IMG/VR virus record: IMGVR_UViG_3300012894_000014
Coordinates: 1 to 38,152 of that record
From: a virus
Lineage: Duplodnaviria > Caudoviricetes
DNA length: 38,152 bases
Reading direction: 5' to 3' (one strand)
Position numbers and translations under genes: made by a program. Positions 24,942 to 33,934 of the stretch are shown here, in pieces (position 1 is the first letter of the stretch; each line of letters starts with the position of its first letter). The notes under the pieces are model-generated. The model ran no database searches and was not told the origin of the DNA. It worked only from the letters and a program-made list of their open reading frames with translations.

Positions 24942-27900
24942 ATGTACGTACTCCTTCGCCGCCAGCTGCTACCCAACCCCGACACCACGGGCCAGCCACT
25001 TCTATGCCTGGAGCAGTACTGGGACACGGTGGCACGCACCTACCACTTTACCCAGGAGCCGGTTGACAGTGGCACCCCATTCGAGCTGGCCCTTGGTGCT
25101 GAGGTTGACCGTTGGGTAGTGCGCGCCGGTAAGGTGCGGGTGGTAGCGTATGCAGGGGACGGCCGCGTAAACACCCGTGGCGCTCGTGGGGCCCAGATTT
25201 GCACCATCCGGCCGGCGCTGCTTACGCCCGCCCGAGGCCTGCGCACCGTTGATACCGGTAGCAACCCAATTGGGCCACCCGACGGCTATGTGAAAGTTTT
25301 CGGTCAAAACGGCGTGCCCCCTTACCAGTTTACGGTACTAGATAAAAACGGGGCTATTGTGGCTAGTGCTACGCGCAAAACGGGGCAGTTACCGCTGGAG
25401 GTGTTCAACCTCGACACGGCCATTTCCCCCTACGTAGTCCACACCAAGGATGCAGCCGGCTGCGAGAGCACCCGCTTGCTGGAGGTGGTGCTAGGCGCGC
25501 CCACTGGCGTGCCGTACGGTGAATTATTGCAGGATGTGCACCGCGGCGATGGCATGAGCAGCGGGCGGGGCACCCGGGCCATTTGGAACTACGTGACCAA
25601 AGCCGTCGAATACTACGATTACGAAGACAGCGACCCAGGCGACAGCGATTACAATATGCCGGCTGACTCCCTTGTCGATGGCTACCTGTTGGCCGATGGG
25701 GTTACGTTTCGCATTGTGCGCACCCGAGTAGGGGTAGACATCTATTTTGAAGATACGACGCCCAAGGCCGGCGGCTCAGCTAGCCTTGATAACCTCATCC
25801 TCTTTCACCCCGACACAAAAGCCGAGCAAAACGGTGGGGCGCTGGTTGAAGTAAATAGCACGGATGCCACCACCTTCACGCTCACCGGCACAGCCGGCGG
25901 GGCGGCCATTGCCCCGCAAACCAATGATACGGGCAGTTTTGACGGCCTGGCTGCCGGCGATTACGAAGTGGACTGTAACGGGCTGAAAGTGCCGTTCAGC
26001 CTGAAACTGCGCTACGGCCTGCGCTGGCAGCGCGACTTTGCCGACCCTAAAGGCGTGCCGCAGCGGGTGGAGCTCTGGCTGCGCGATTACGCAGGGGTAG
26101 TCGAGGAAATCAAGGGTGATGGCAACGAGCCGGTGCTCATCGAAACCGATGCGCTCACCGGAACGCTCGGTGGGCAAGGTGATGTGCCGCCGGTCGTAGG
26201 CACCAGCTGCAAGATGCGTTTTCGGGTGCTGGCCAGCTCGCTTGAGGAAATTGTGGTCAACGATGACCGGGCGTGCCGGTGCGACGTCTACAGCGCCGGC
26301 AAGCTCGCCTTTCGGGGCTACGTGCAGCCCGATATTTACAACGCCCCGCTGCTCAGCGGGCTGGTGCCCATTCCACTCACCGCCACCGACGGCCTGGCCG
26401 GCCTCAAAGAGGTTGACTTCCTGGGCCACATCAGCCAGCGCCTGCAGGGCCGCCGGCCGCTACTCAATACGGTGCTGCACGTGCTTTCGCGTTGCGATAT
26501 TTCCTTGCCCGTGCAGCTTTTCGTCAACCGGCGCAGCACCGAGATGAGTGACGCCGATGCGCCTGAGCGGGCCGCCACCACCGAGCGCAACGGCTACTGG
26601 CAGGACAGCAAGCAGGAGGCGCAGGACATGCGCACGGGGCTTGATGCGCTGAGCCAGGCACTGGGCGGCACGCTCTGCCAGCGCGAAGGCACCTGGCAGG
26701 TGCGCAGTTTGCTAGAAGCGCTTGACGACGCCCCCGGCCGGGCGTATCGACCCGCTGGCACGCCCGTCGGCACCCTGAAAGCCACCGCGCCGACCGGTAC
26801 CATCAAGCCGCTGGCCCGCCCGGGTACCGTGTGGGGCTGGCGCACGGCCAATCAACAGCAGCAGGTGCGGCCGGGGTGGAAATCACTCACTGGCAAGACG
26901 GACGTGGGCTGGCTGAAAAATGCGTTTCCGGCTGGCGAGGTGTTTTCAGACAAGAACAGCTGGTTAGCCGACGGCAGCCGCCTGCGCCCCATTGCGGGCT
27001 GGCGGGCTGGCACATCGGATAGCTTCCCGCTGGTACTGGTGCAGGGGGGCGAAAAAGGTACTGACTACCAAAGCAAATGGCCGCGGCTAGCTGGTATCAG
27101 CGATGAGCGTTATCTGGTTAGCCCCGCGCTGCCCCTGGTGGCCATGCCCGAGGGCTGCCCGGCCTACCTGAACGTGACGGCGCAGCTGCTAGCCACTACC
27201 TACCTGCCCAACGGGGCCGCCGCCGCCGACTCGGCTGCCATGGCCAGCCTGCGGCTGGTGCTGGTGCTCGACGGCCAGCCGCTCGCGGCCCCGTTGCTGG
27301 TGCAGGTGCCGCTCGCTGCCAAGCAGGCCGCTAAAGCTGCTACTATTACGCTACCCCTCCCCCCCTTGCCCGCCGGCACGCAAACGGCCGTGCTGTGGGC
27401 CTATCCCTGGCAGCCGCTAGCCAAAGATGGGGAAGTGGCTATTATTCAGTACGACCCGATGCGCGCTTATAAGACGGGGGAAATTATCCGTTACCAAGCA
27501 ACGGCGGGCTACGTGAGCCTTTATCAGGCCAAACAGGACCTGTTCGCTCCCGTGAGCCCAGGCGCGGCCATCCCACCCGGCCAGCTGCCGTTGGGCACCC
27601 GGCAGTATGATGCGGCCTACACCACGTATGCTGGCACCTATATCACCTACAATGGCGAATACTACCTGGCTAAGCGCGACCTTTATATTCCTTCGCCCCC
27701 GCCGCCGCTGGCCCCCACCAGCAACGATGATTATGCTTATGTGCTACGTGCGGATATTGCCGATGAGTACTGGCAGCCTATTGACATAATGGCTCTGCGC
27801 GGCACCTTCCTGGTTTCGGAAATCGGGATTGAGTTGCGCCCACAGCAAGCCACATGGGACAGCGAGGATAATTTTCGCGCCGATGGCTCAGCCGGCACCA

Positions 27901-28415
27901 TACGCCCTACTGAGGTGCTCGACGTCTATCATCCCGACGTGCCGATTCAGGCCGGCCTCTTTGAAGGCAACCGCCATGCCTTCAGTCGGGCCGTAGCATT
28001 AGCTGATGGCAGCCTGACGACCGCCTGGGCCCGGGCTATCGACCTGAGGCCCGCGCCATTATTTGAGAGCAACGTCTACGATGCGCTGGCCCTGCGCACG
28101 GGGCCGAGCCGACTTCTTACGGGCATCATCAGCCACCATGGCCACGCTGGCCCGTTACTGCTCGACAGTGTAGATACGCCGTTCGATGTACCCGGCCACC
28201 GCTTCGGTGTAGGTGCCACCAGCTGGAACCTGCGCCTGGCAACCACGGAGGTAAGTCTCATTGAAATTGGCGCTGGTGCCGATGCCCCCGACCCATTGAT
28301 AGAACTGCCGGAAGGTGCCCGCGTAATTCACCAAGTTTACGAGTACAAGCGGGGCTTCTTTACGCCCGTGGTGCGCACAACCCAGGACGGACAGGTGCGC
28401 GTGCGGCACATCTAG
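24942..28415 (+). CDS. Large tail/baseplate protein with SprB-like repeats and CBM5/12-like inserts
   Basis: Follows the tape measure gene; G.PPY.F..Y.V..KDAAGC repeat; YD...Y..G..I.Y...Y.AK repeats. Confidence 0.8.
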   Translation: MYVLLRRQLLPNPDTTGQPLLCLEQYWDTVARTYHFTQEPVDSGTPFELALGAEVDRWVVRAGKVRVVAYAGDGRVNTRGARGAQICTIRPALLTPARGLRTVDTGSNPIGPPDGYVKVFGQNGVPPYQFTVLDKNGAIVASATRKTGQLPLEVFNLDTAISPYVVHTKDAAGCESTRLLEVVLGAPTGVPYGELLQDVHRGDGMSSGRGTRAIWNYVTKAVEYYDYEDSDPGDSDYNMPADSLVDGYLLADGVTFRIVRTRVGVDIYFEDTTPKAGGSASLDNLILFHPDTKAEQNGGALVEVNSTDATTFTLTGTAGGAAIAPQTNDTGSFDGLAAGDYEVDCNGLKVPFSLKLRYGLRWQRDFADPKGVPQRVELWLRDYAGVVEEIKGDGNEPVLIETDALTGTLGGQGDVPPVVGTSCKMRFRVLASSLEEIVVNDDRACRCDVYSAGKLAFRGYVQPDIYNAPLLSGLVPIPLTATDGLAGLKEVDFLGHISQRLQGRRPLLNTVLHVLSRCDISLPVQLFVNRRSTEMSDADAPERAATTERNGYWQDSKQEAQDMRTGLDALSQALGGTLCQREGTWQVRSLLEALDDAPGRAYRPAGTPVGTLKATAPTGTIKPLARPGTVWGWRTANQQQQVRPGWKSLTGKTDVGWLKNAFPAGEVFSDKNSWLADGSRLRPIAGWRAGTSDSFPLVLVQGGEKGTDYQSKWPRLAGISDERYLVSPALPLVAMPEGCPAYLNVTAQLLATTYLPNGAAAADSAAMASLRLVLVLDGQPLAAPLLVQVPLAAKQAAKAATITLPLPPLPAGTQTAVLWAYPWQPLAKDGEVAIIQYDPMRAYKTGEIIRYQATAGYVSLYQAKQDLFAPVSPGAAIPPGQLPLGTRQYDAAYTTYAGTYITYNGEYYLAKRDLYIPSPPPPLAPTSNDDYAYVLRADIADEYWQPIDIMALRGTFLVSEIGIELRPQQATWDSEDNFRADGSAGTIRPTEVLDVYHPDVPIQAGLFEGNRHAFSRAVALADGSLTTAWARAIDLRPAPLFESNVYDALALRTGPSRLLTGIISHHGHAGPLLLDSVDTPFDVPGHRFGVGATSWNLRLATTEVSLIEIGAGADAPDPLIELPEGARVIHQVYEYKRGFFTPVVRTTQDGQVRVRHI

Positions 28416-28477
28416 CTTTCCCCGCTTTTCCCCGCCAACGTTCCCGGCTGGCCTGTATCTGGCCGGAACTTCGGGGC
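28415..28477 (+). promoter_or_regulatory. Candidate late promoter, copy 3
   Basis: GCTTTCCCCGCTTTTCCCCGC-N28-CGGAACTTCGGGGC-ATG. Confidence 0.75.
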
Positions 28478-29776
28478 ATGGCTGTCAAAGGAGTTACTAT
28501 ATCTGACCTAAACCAGATTGCCAGCCCGGTGGTCCAACTGCCAGGTGGCCTATTTGAGGTGGAGGTGCTGGCGGGGCCAGTGGCGAATGCCTACGTTACG
28601 CGCCGACTGACCACGGAGCAGCTTGCCGCCTACCTGGGCGCCGGCGCGGGGCCAAACGCCAGCAAAAGCCTGCTCAAGGAGTTCCGCTTCTTCCGCAAAG
28701 CTGACCGCGATGCCGACGCGTCCGGCGGGGCCTGCTTTGAAACCGACCTCGACTGGCGCACCTGCTGCGCGTTCACGGTGGTGAAGATAGAGTTCTACCG
28801 CGCTAGCGCCGCCGAGTCATTTCGCTACCAGGAATTGGTATGCGTGTACGACCCGGCGCCGATCGACCCGACTCACCTGGCGTATGTAGATGCCAGCTTC
28901 ACCGGCCTGCGCAATCCGTGCAAGTTTGTGCCGGCGGCCGACCCGCTCAGGCTCAGCTACACCAACGCGCCGGCTTTCGTGTGCCGCCGCGCTGATGGCA
29001 GCGAAAAGTTCGACGCAACCACCATTACCGAGGCCACCGATTGGACGAACGGCGGTGGCCCAGGCTCCCTCACGTTTCTGAACCGGCCCGCCGAGCTCAC
29101 TAGCTTCGTGACCTTGGCGGCCGGCACTATTCTGGATGTGCAAGGCTGGCCGGTGGACCTGAGCGACTGGCCGCTGCGGGCCGGGCCGGGTGCGGAAATT
29201 CGGAATAATCGGCTACTCTACAACGGCCGCATCGCGCCGTTCTCGCCAGACGCTGATGCCAGCAAGAATTTTTTCACCGTCTTCGGCGGCAAGGTGGCGG
29301 CGCGTATCAATTTTCAGAGCAGCGAACAGGCAACGGTTATCCTGTCTGATGTGCAGATGGTGGATTTTGGGCAGTCGCAATTTCCGACCCTGACCGGCGG
29401 CCCGGCCACGACCGGCGAGCCTGGCGGCAAGGTGGTGCTGCGCAACGGCAGCGCCTTCGACATCGGCTACCAGCCCCACCCCGCCACCACGATTATTGTG
29501 GAGAGCACGGGAGTGGAGGTCGGCACTGGCCGGGCTGTAAAATTCGACAAGGAGCGCCACTGGCCACTTATCACCAACGGTACCTACACGCTGGACGCCA
29601 CCGGGGCGCAGGTGGACGTCTGCTTTCAGCTGATTCTAGCCGTTGGTGCTACCGAAATCAATGTGCCAGCTGGGTTCAAGCTGACCGGTGGCGGCCAGTT
29701 TGACGCAACGCTCGAAAACACTTACTCCTTCTGCGTGCGGGTGGATGGCATCATTCAGTATTGTATCACGCAGTAA
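28478..29776 (+). CDS. Putative tail fibre / receptor-binding protein
   Basis: Position in the tail module; V.ISDL..-type N-terminus; beta-rich C-terminus. Confidence 0.65.
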   Translation: MAVKGVTISDLNQIASPVVQLPGGLFEVEVLAGPVANAYVTRRLTTEQLAAYLGAGAGPNASKSLLKEFRFFRKADRDADASGGACFETDLDWRTCCAFTVVKIEFYRASAAESFRYQELVCVYDPAPIDPTHLAYVDASFTGLRNPCKFVPAADPLRLSYTNAPAFVCRRADGSEKFDATTITEATDWTNGGGPGSLTFLNRPAELTSFVTLAAGTILDVQGWPVDLSDWPLRAGPGAEIRNNRLLYNGRIAPFSPDADASKNFFTVFGGKVAARINFQSSEQATVILSDVQMVDFGQSQFPTLTGGPATTGEPGGKVVLRNGSAFDIGYQPHPATTIIVESTGVEVGTGRAVKFDKERHWPLITNGTYTLDATGAQVDVCFQLILAVGATEINVPAGFKLTGGGQFDATLENTYSFCVRVDGIIQYCITQ

Positions 29777-30438
29777 TGGATAAGCGCTATTTCTATGCGC
29801 TGCTAGCCAGCGCCCGCCGTGTCAACCGCGCGTTGCACCTCGACAATACGACCGGGGTAGTGGCGCACGGCGACCTCTCAACCGACGACAGCCAGGGCTT
29901 CGGGCCGGATGACTTGTATTTGCCCAGCGCGTGGGAAATCGAGCTTCGCGTGTGTATCAATGCCCCGAGCCCAGACGACTACCAGGCAATTTTTGCGCGG
30001 CTGGCCGGCTCTTCAGCTGAGTATTCGATTTTCTACCAAGGCAGCTCCGGCCGGTTCGCGTTCGACAGCTTTCAGTACAATGCCAGCGGCGGCCTGATTT
30101 ACAAGGAGTTGCCAGTGAGTGCCCCGATGGGCGCTTTCCACATAGTGAGATACGCTTATGATGGCACCACGCTGCGCGGCTATCTCAATGGCGCCCTGGC
30201 CTATAGCGAGAATATTGTGCTGGGCCTTGTCAACACGCGCGGCGGCATCCTCTCGATTGGCTTCGGCAATACGTCCACCTACCAGCCAAACATGGATTTG
30301 GACTACCTGAAAATCACCCGGGCCGGCCAGCTGATTGTGCACCTCGACTTCAACGAATCCACTGGCCCGGCGCGCAACCGCGGCACGCTCGGCGGGCGCG
30401 CGACCTGGGCGAATGACAGCGCCAGAGTACTCCTCTAA
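29776..30438 (+). CDS. LamG/concanavalin-A-like domain protein
   Basis: FHIVRYAYDGTTLRGYLNG..LSIG..D.DYLKI..DFNE.TG pattern. Confidence 0.8.
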   Translation: MDKRYFYALLASARRVNRALHLDNTTGVVAHGDLSTDDSQGFGPDDLYLPSAWEIELRVCINAPSPDDYQAIFARLAGSSAEYSIFYQGSSGRFAFDSFQYNASGGLIYKELPVSAPMGAFHIVRYAYDGTTLRGYLNGALAYSENIVLGLVNTRGGILSIGFGNTSTYQPNMDLDYLKITRAGQLIVHLDFNESTGPARNRGTLGGRATWANDSARVLL

Positions 30439-30448
30439 TTCCATTGCT

Positions 30449-30997
30449 ATGCCTGAGCTTCCTTTCCTTCGCCAGCCTATCGCGCAGCGTGTGACTGACC
30501 GTGTTTTCGGCGACCAAAAACTCGGTCAGGTGGCCGAGCTCGCCGGCTTCGCGGTCGAGTGGCATGAGTTGACGCACGAACTGAGCCTGCTTGTGAAAAC
30601 CCGCGTGCGCTGGTACAGCCTGGTGGAGGGTGAGCTAGCTGAGCCGGTTCCTGCCAACGCCCGTGGCCTCAAGCCCGAGCCGGTGTACCTGCACGCCAAC
30701 AACAACTGCGCCGTGTACGTCAACCCCGCCGACCCGACCGACCCGCGCCACGGCGAAGTGCTGTATTACAAGGAGATACTGCCGCCTACCATCGGCCAGC
30801 CGCTCACCGTGTGGCGGCCGCTGCTGGCCGATGGCGCGCTAGGTGAGCCGCTGGCCTCGCTTGCCGACGCACCCGAAACCCTGCTACGGCAAGGCGACGC
30901 CTTCGCCGCGCAACTGGAGCAGCCGCTGGTGCTAGCTCAGATGCTGCGCTACCACATGGCCGCCGCCGACCGGCCGCCTTTCAATCGCTATGCCTGA
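30449..30997 (+). CDS. Hypothetical protein (possible fibre chaperone)
   Basis: ATG 30449; strong GC3 bias; flanked by a 14-bp direct repeat. Confidence 0.7.
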   Translation: MPELPFLRQPIAQRVTDRVFGDQKLGQVAELAGFAVEWHELTHELSLLVKTRVRWYSLVEGELAEPVPANARGLKPEPVYLHANNNCAVYVNPADPTDPRHGEVLYYKEILPPTIGQPLTVWRPLLADGALGEPLASLADAPETLLRQGDAFAAQLEQPLVLAQMLRYHMAAADRPPFNRYA

Positions 30998-31082
30998 GCT
31001 GCGCCGCTACGTGCTCTGCCTGCTGGCGATAGCGCTCACCTACTGGATTTTCTCGCAGTTGCCCGCCTCTTTTCGCCCCTGA
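30990..31082 (+). CDS. 30-aa membrane peptide (MPELRRYVLCLLAIALTYWIFSQLPASFRP)
   Basis: Read directly; overlaps the upstream stop; hydrophobic core. Confidence 0.4.
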   Translation: MPELRRYVLCLLAIALTYWIFSQLPASFRP

Positions 31083-31111
31083 TTATGGCCCTTGGCTGAC
31101 TAACCCACCTC

Positions 31112-31678
31112 ATGCCCTTGCCCCTTCTTTTTTTTCTGCAAATGCCTAATGCGGCGCTCTCGGCCACTCAGGTGGCAACGGCGCTTGCGGTGCTGGTCTT
31201 CGTGCTGCTCTGGATTGTGAGCAGCGCCAGCAACTTGGAAAAGGTCATCGCTTGGTTCACCGCCGGCCGCCGCCAACGCGAGGCGGCGCTCTCGGAGCGC
31301 CTTAGCGCGCTAGAAGCGGCTAGTGCGCAAATCATGGATATTGAGGCGCTACGCGAGCGCTTTGAGGCGGCAGAAAGCAAGCATAAACTCCTCGCGGCGG
31401 AAGTCATGAACCAGCATAACACTCTGCATGAATACGAGCGCACGCGGGTCGAGCTCAAAGGCGAGTTCCGTGCTAGTATCGAGACGCTTCGCGAGAAAGT
31501 GCACGGCCTCGAAACCATGCCCGGGCGGGTGGACAAGATGGAAAGTAAGCTGGATAACCTGACCCTGCAAATTAATGATATCAAGCAGGGGCAGCGAGAC
31601 CTGAAGGCAGAAATACGCGAAGACATGCGCAGCAACAAGAGCGAGATACTACAGGCCATCAAGAATATCAAGGAATGA
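31112..31678 (+). CDS. Membrane-anchored coiled-coil protein (lysis module, holin/antiholin candidate)
   Basis: N-terminal TM helix plus long heptad region; alternative start at 31142. Confidence 0.7.
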   Translation: MPLPLLFFLQMPNAALSATQVATALAVLVFVLLWIVSSASNLEKVIAWFTAGRRQREAALSERLSALEAASAQIMDIEALRERFEAAESKHKLLAAEVMNQHNTLHEYERTRVELKGEFRASIETLREKVHGLETMPGRVDKMESKLDNLTLQINDIKQGQRDLKAEIREDMRSNKSEILQAIKNIKE

Positions 31679-32022
31679 GCATCTGGGCTGACATCACCAA
31701 AGACCCCAAGACCGGGCATACGGTAGCGCGGGACTTCTTCAAGGCCATGGCCTTTGCCGGGGCGCTGGCCTGGGGTACCGTGATGGCTTACCTCAAGTTC
31801 CGAGGCGACAAGGATTTAACCGCCGAGCCCATGTACGCGCTGCTGGCCTACTCGGGCGGCTTGCAATACATCAAGGCCCGCCAGACTTCCGGCACCGGCT
31901 TGCCCGTCATGGGGGCCAGCGAGCCTCCGGCCGGCCCACCTCCGCCCCCACCACCCGATGCAGAAGAAACCGGAATCCCGCCAAGCAAACAAGAAACGGG
32001 CGCAAGCTCAGCCACTACCTAA
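31675..32022 (+). CDS. Holin candidate with Pro-rich tail
   Basis: Two hydrophobic segments; located in the lysis cassette. Confidence 0.55.
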   Translation: MSIWADITKDPKTGHTVARDFFKAMAFAGALAWGTVMAYLKFRGDKDLTAEPMYALLAYSGGLQYIKARQTSGTGLPVMGASEPPAGPPPPPPPDAEETGIPPSKQETGASSATT

Positions 32023-32028
32023 GAAGCC

Positions 32029-32400
32029 ATGAAGCTACTCCTAGCCCTTTTCTTCTGTCACTTCTTAGCCGATTACACGCCACTCTCCGACCGAAAGATA
32101 TTAGCTGCCAAGCGCTTTGGCCGCCCGTTCACACCCATCCTAGCACATGGGGTTATGCACGGGGCACTAATGGGAGTAGCCATGATTTGCTTGGGAGTGG
32201 ACCATATACTAGCCATTATGCTGGCGCTCTGCCAGACGTGGTCACACGCTGGAATTGATGTGCTAAAAGGCCGCCTAAATGCTAGGTATGCTAGCCTTCA
32301 AAGCCCTGCAAATGTGGTTCACTGGATGGTATTTGGCCTCGACCAATATGCGCATACTATCGTGATTCTCCTAATGTGGTACGCCACCCTTCCCAAATGA
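32029..32400 (+). CDS. DUF3307-family membrane protein
   Basis: HFLADY, H...H, H..ID..K and GLDQ..H motifs. Confidence 0.8.
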   Translation: MKLLLALFFCHFLADYTPLSDRKILAAKRFGRPFTPILAHGVMHGALMGVAMICLGVDHILAIMLALCQTWSHAGIDVLKGRLNARYASLQSPANVVHWMVFGLDQYAHTIVILLMWYATLPK

Positions 32401-32960
32401 AACGACTCCTATTATATGTACTGGTGGGCTGGGTCATTGCCGCCGCCCTCACTGGCTGCCGCGCCACCCGCCCCGCCGCCACCGAGCCGCAACGCGACTA
32501 CAGCCGCAACGAGGGCACGCCCTGCGCGCCGGGCCAGCTCACGCAGCGCACCCCCGACAGCGTGGTGGTGCAGCCGCACCGCTCGCTGCTGGATAAGGCA
32601 CTAGGCCGCAAAGCAAAGCGGGAATTTCACGCTTTGCCCACCAGCATCGGCAAAAAGTCCACAGTATCAGTCTACTACGGCCCCACCACCGTCACCACCA
32701 ACACGGCAGGCAAGAAAGCCGCGGCCGGTGCGGGCGCCACCACTCTCACCAAGCCCGACGCGCCGGTGGCTACGGCGGCCGGGGATGCGGTCGATAACAC
32801 CAAGGCAGGGCAGCGGGGTGGGGCGGCTGCTACCGGGGCGGGGGCTACGGCTACGGCGACGACTCAAAAGGCCGGGTGGCCCTGGTGGCTCTACGTGCTG
32901 CTGGCGGGCCTGGTGGGCTACGCGTGCGTGCGAGGATATAAACGCTTTACTGCTGTCTAG
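32397..32960 (+). CDS. Unimolecular spanin candidate (lipoprotein with C-terminal TM)
   Basis: Lipobox LTGC at residue 21; C-terminal WPWWLYVLLAGLVGYACV followed by basic residues. Confidence 0.75.
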   Translation: MKRLLLYVLVGWVIAAALTGCRATRPAATEPQRDYSRNEGTPCAPGQLTQRTPDSVVVQPHRSLLDKALGRKAKREFHALPTSIGKKSTVSVYYGPTTVTTNTAGKKAAAGAGATTLTKPDAPVATAAGDAVDNTKAGQRGGAAATGAGATATATTQKAGWPWWLYVLLAGLVGYACVRGYKRFTAV

Positions 32961-32962
32961 TT

Positions 32963-33445
32963 ATGCCAACCTCTAACCGCATTGAAGACCTGCACCCCGA
33001 CCTAGCGCGGGTGTACACCGAAGCGAAGGCCGCCTACATTGCGGACCACCCGGGCGGGCTGCGGCCGCGGCTTGGGGAAACCAGCCGCCCGGGCAACGTG
33101 CAGGCCGCGTATTTCGCGCAAGGCCGCCAGCCGATAGCTGAAATCAACCGGCTCCGTCACATTGCGGGGCTTAATCCAATCGGCCCAGTCGAGGCGGGGA
33201 AAAAAATCACGAACGCGAAGCCGGGGCAGTCCCCACATGGGTTCCTGCCAGCGCGTGCATTCGACGTGCAGATGATGAAGCCCGATGGGTCCATTGATTG
33301 GAGCAATCCGCCCTACGCTGCCTTCGCCGCCTATGTAAAGCGAGCGGCTGCTAAGCTCGCCGTGGCCATAAGCCAAGGGCAGTACTGGACCAAATTTCCC
33401 GATCCACCCCATACCGAACTTTTGGCTTGGCGCACCATGAAGTAG
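32963..33445 (+). CDS. Endolysin, M15-family Zn peptidase
   Basis: L.PDL, E..R....Q...FAQGR, ITNAKPGQSPH..AFD and D.PH.E motifs. Confidence 0.9.
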   Translation: MPTSNRIEDLHPDLARVYTEAKAAYIADHPGGLRPRLGETSRPGNVQAAYFAQGRQPIAEINRLRHIAGLNPIGPVEAGKKITNAKPGQSPHGFLPARAFDVQMMKPDGSIDWSNPPYAAFAAYVKRAAAKLAVAISQGQYWTKFPDPPHTELLAWRTMK

Positions 33446-33485
33446 TGCTAAAACGAGTGCCTTGTCTCTAAAAAAACATAACCCC

Positions 33486-33650
33486 ATGAAAAAAATCTCA
33501 CTAGGCCTAGTGGCCGCCCTGCTCATCATCGGCTTTGCCATCAACCTCATCTGGCCCCGCTACGCCGCCTACGGATACGCCCCGCTCGGCCTCTACCTGC
33601 TGCTGTGGGTTATCGGCATCATCCGCGCCGCGCTGGCCCGCCCGAAGTAG
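33486..33650 (+). CDS. Small two-TM membrane protein
   Basis: Two hydrophobic helices; follows the endolysin gene. Confidence 0.65.
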   Translation: MKKISLGLVAALLIIGFAINLIWPRYAAYGYAPLGLYLLLWVIGIIRAALARPK

Positions 33651-33652
33651 CC

Positions 33653-33690
33653 CCCGCCCCGCCCGCTGCTGAGGCTACGGGCGGGGCGGG
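33653..33690. terminator. GC-rich hairpin between convergent genes
   Basis: CCCGCCCCGCCCG / CGGGCGGGGCGGG 13-bp stem; no U-tract. Confidence 0.5.
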
Positions 33691-33708
33691 CTAGAACGAA
33701 TAAGCATA

Positions 33709-33900
33709 CTAGTTAGCTGATTGAAGGTGAAGGCAGCACAACCACGCGTTGCTGCCATTGATGCGAGAAGCCCACAGGCGGCGAAGCGCTTTTTTAGTGC
33801 CAGGGATGTCACGCTTCCCATCGAAAATAGGCGGCATCCACTTACGCTTGCCCATGTCGATTATATAGGTAAGCGGTGGGTGTTCAGTGAGGGTTTTCAT
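33709..33900 (-). CDS. 63-aa antisense moron (MKTLTEHPP...)
   Basis: TATCTTAG-GGGC-ATG has the same geometry as the 24863 moron; lower GC. Confidence 0.5.
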   Translation of the reverse strand: MKTLTEHPPLTYIIDMGKRKWMPPIFDGKRDIPGTKKALRRLWASRINGSNAWLCCLHLQSAN

Positions 33901-33934
33901 GCCCCTAAGATACAACACAAACGCTTAAATAACA

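Noticed and set aside
24942-30997. Diversity-generating retroelement or shufflon acting on tail genes
   Set aside because: No reverse transcriptase, no dedicated invertase and no template/variable repeat pair seen
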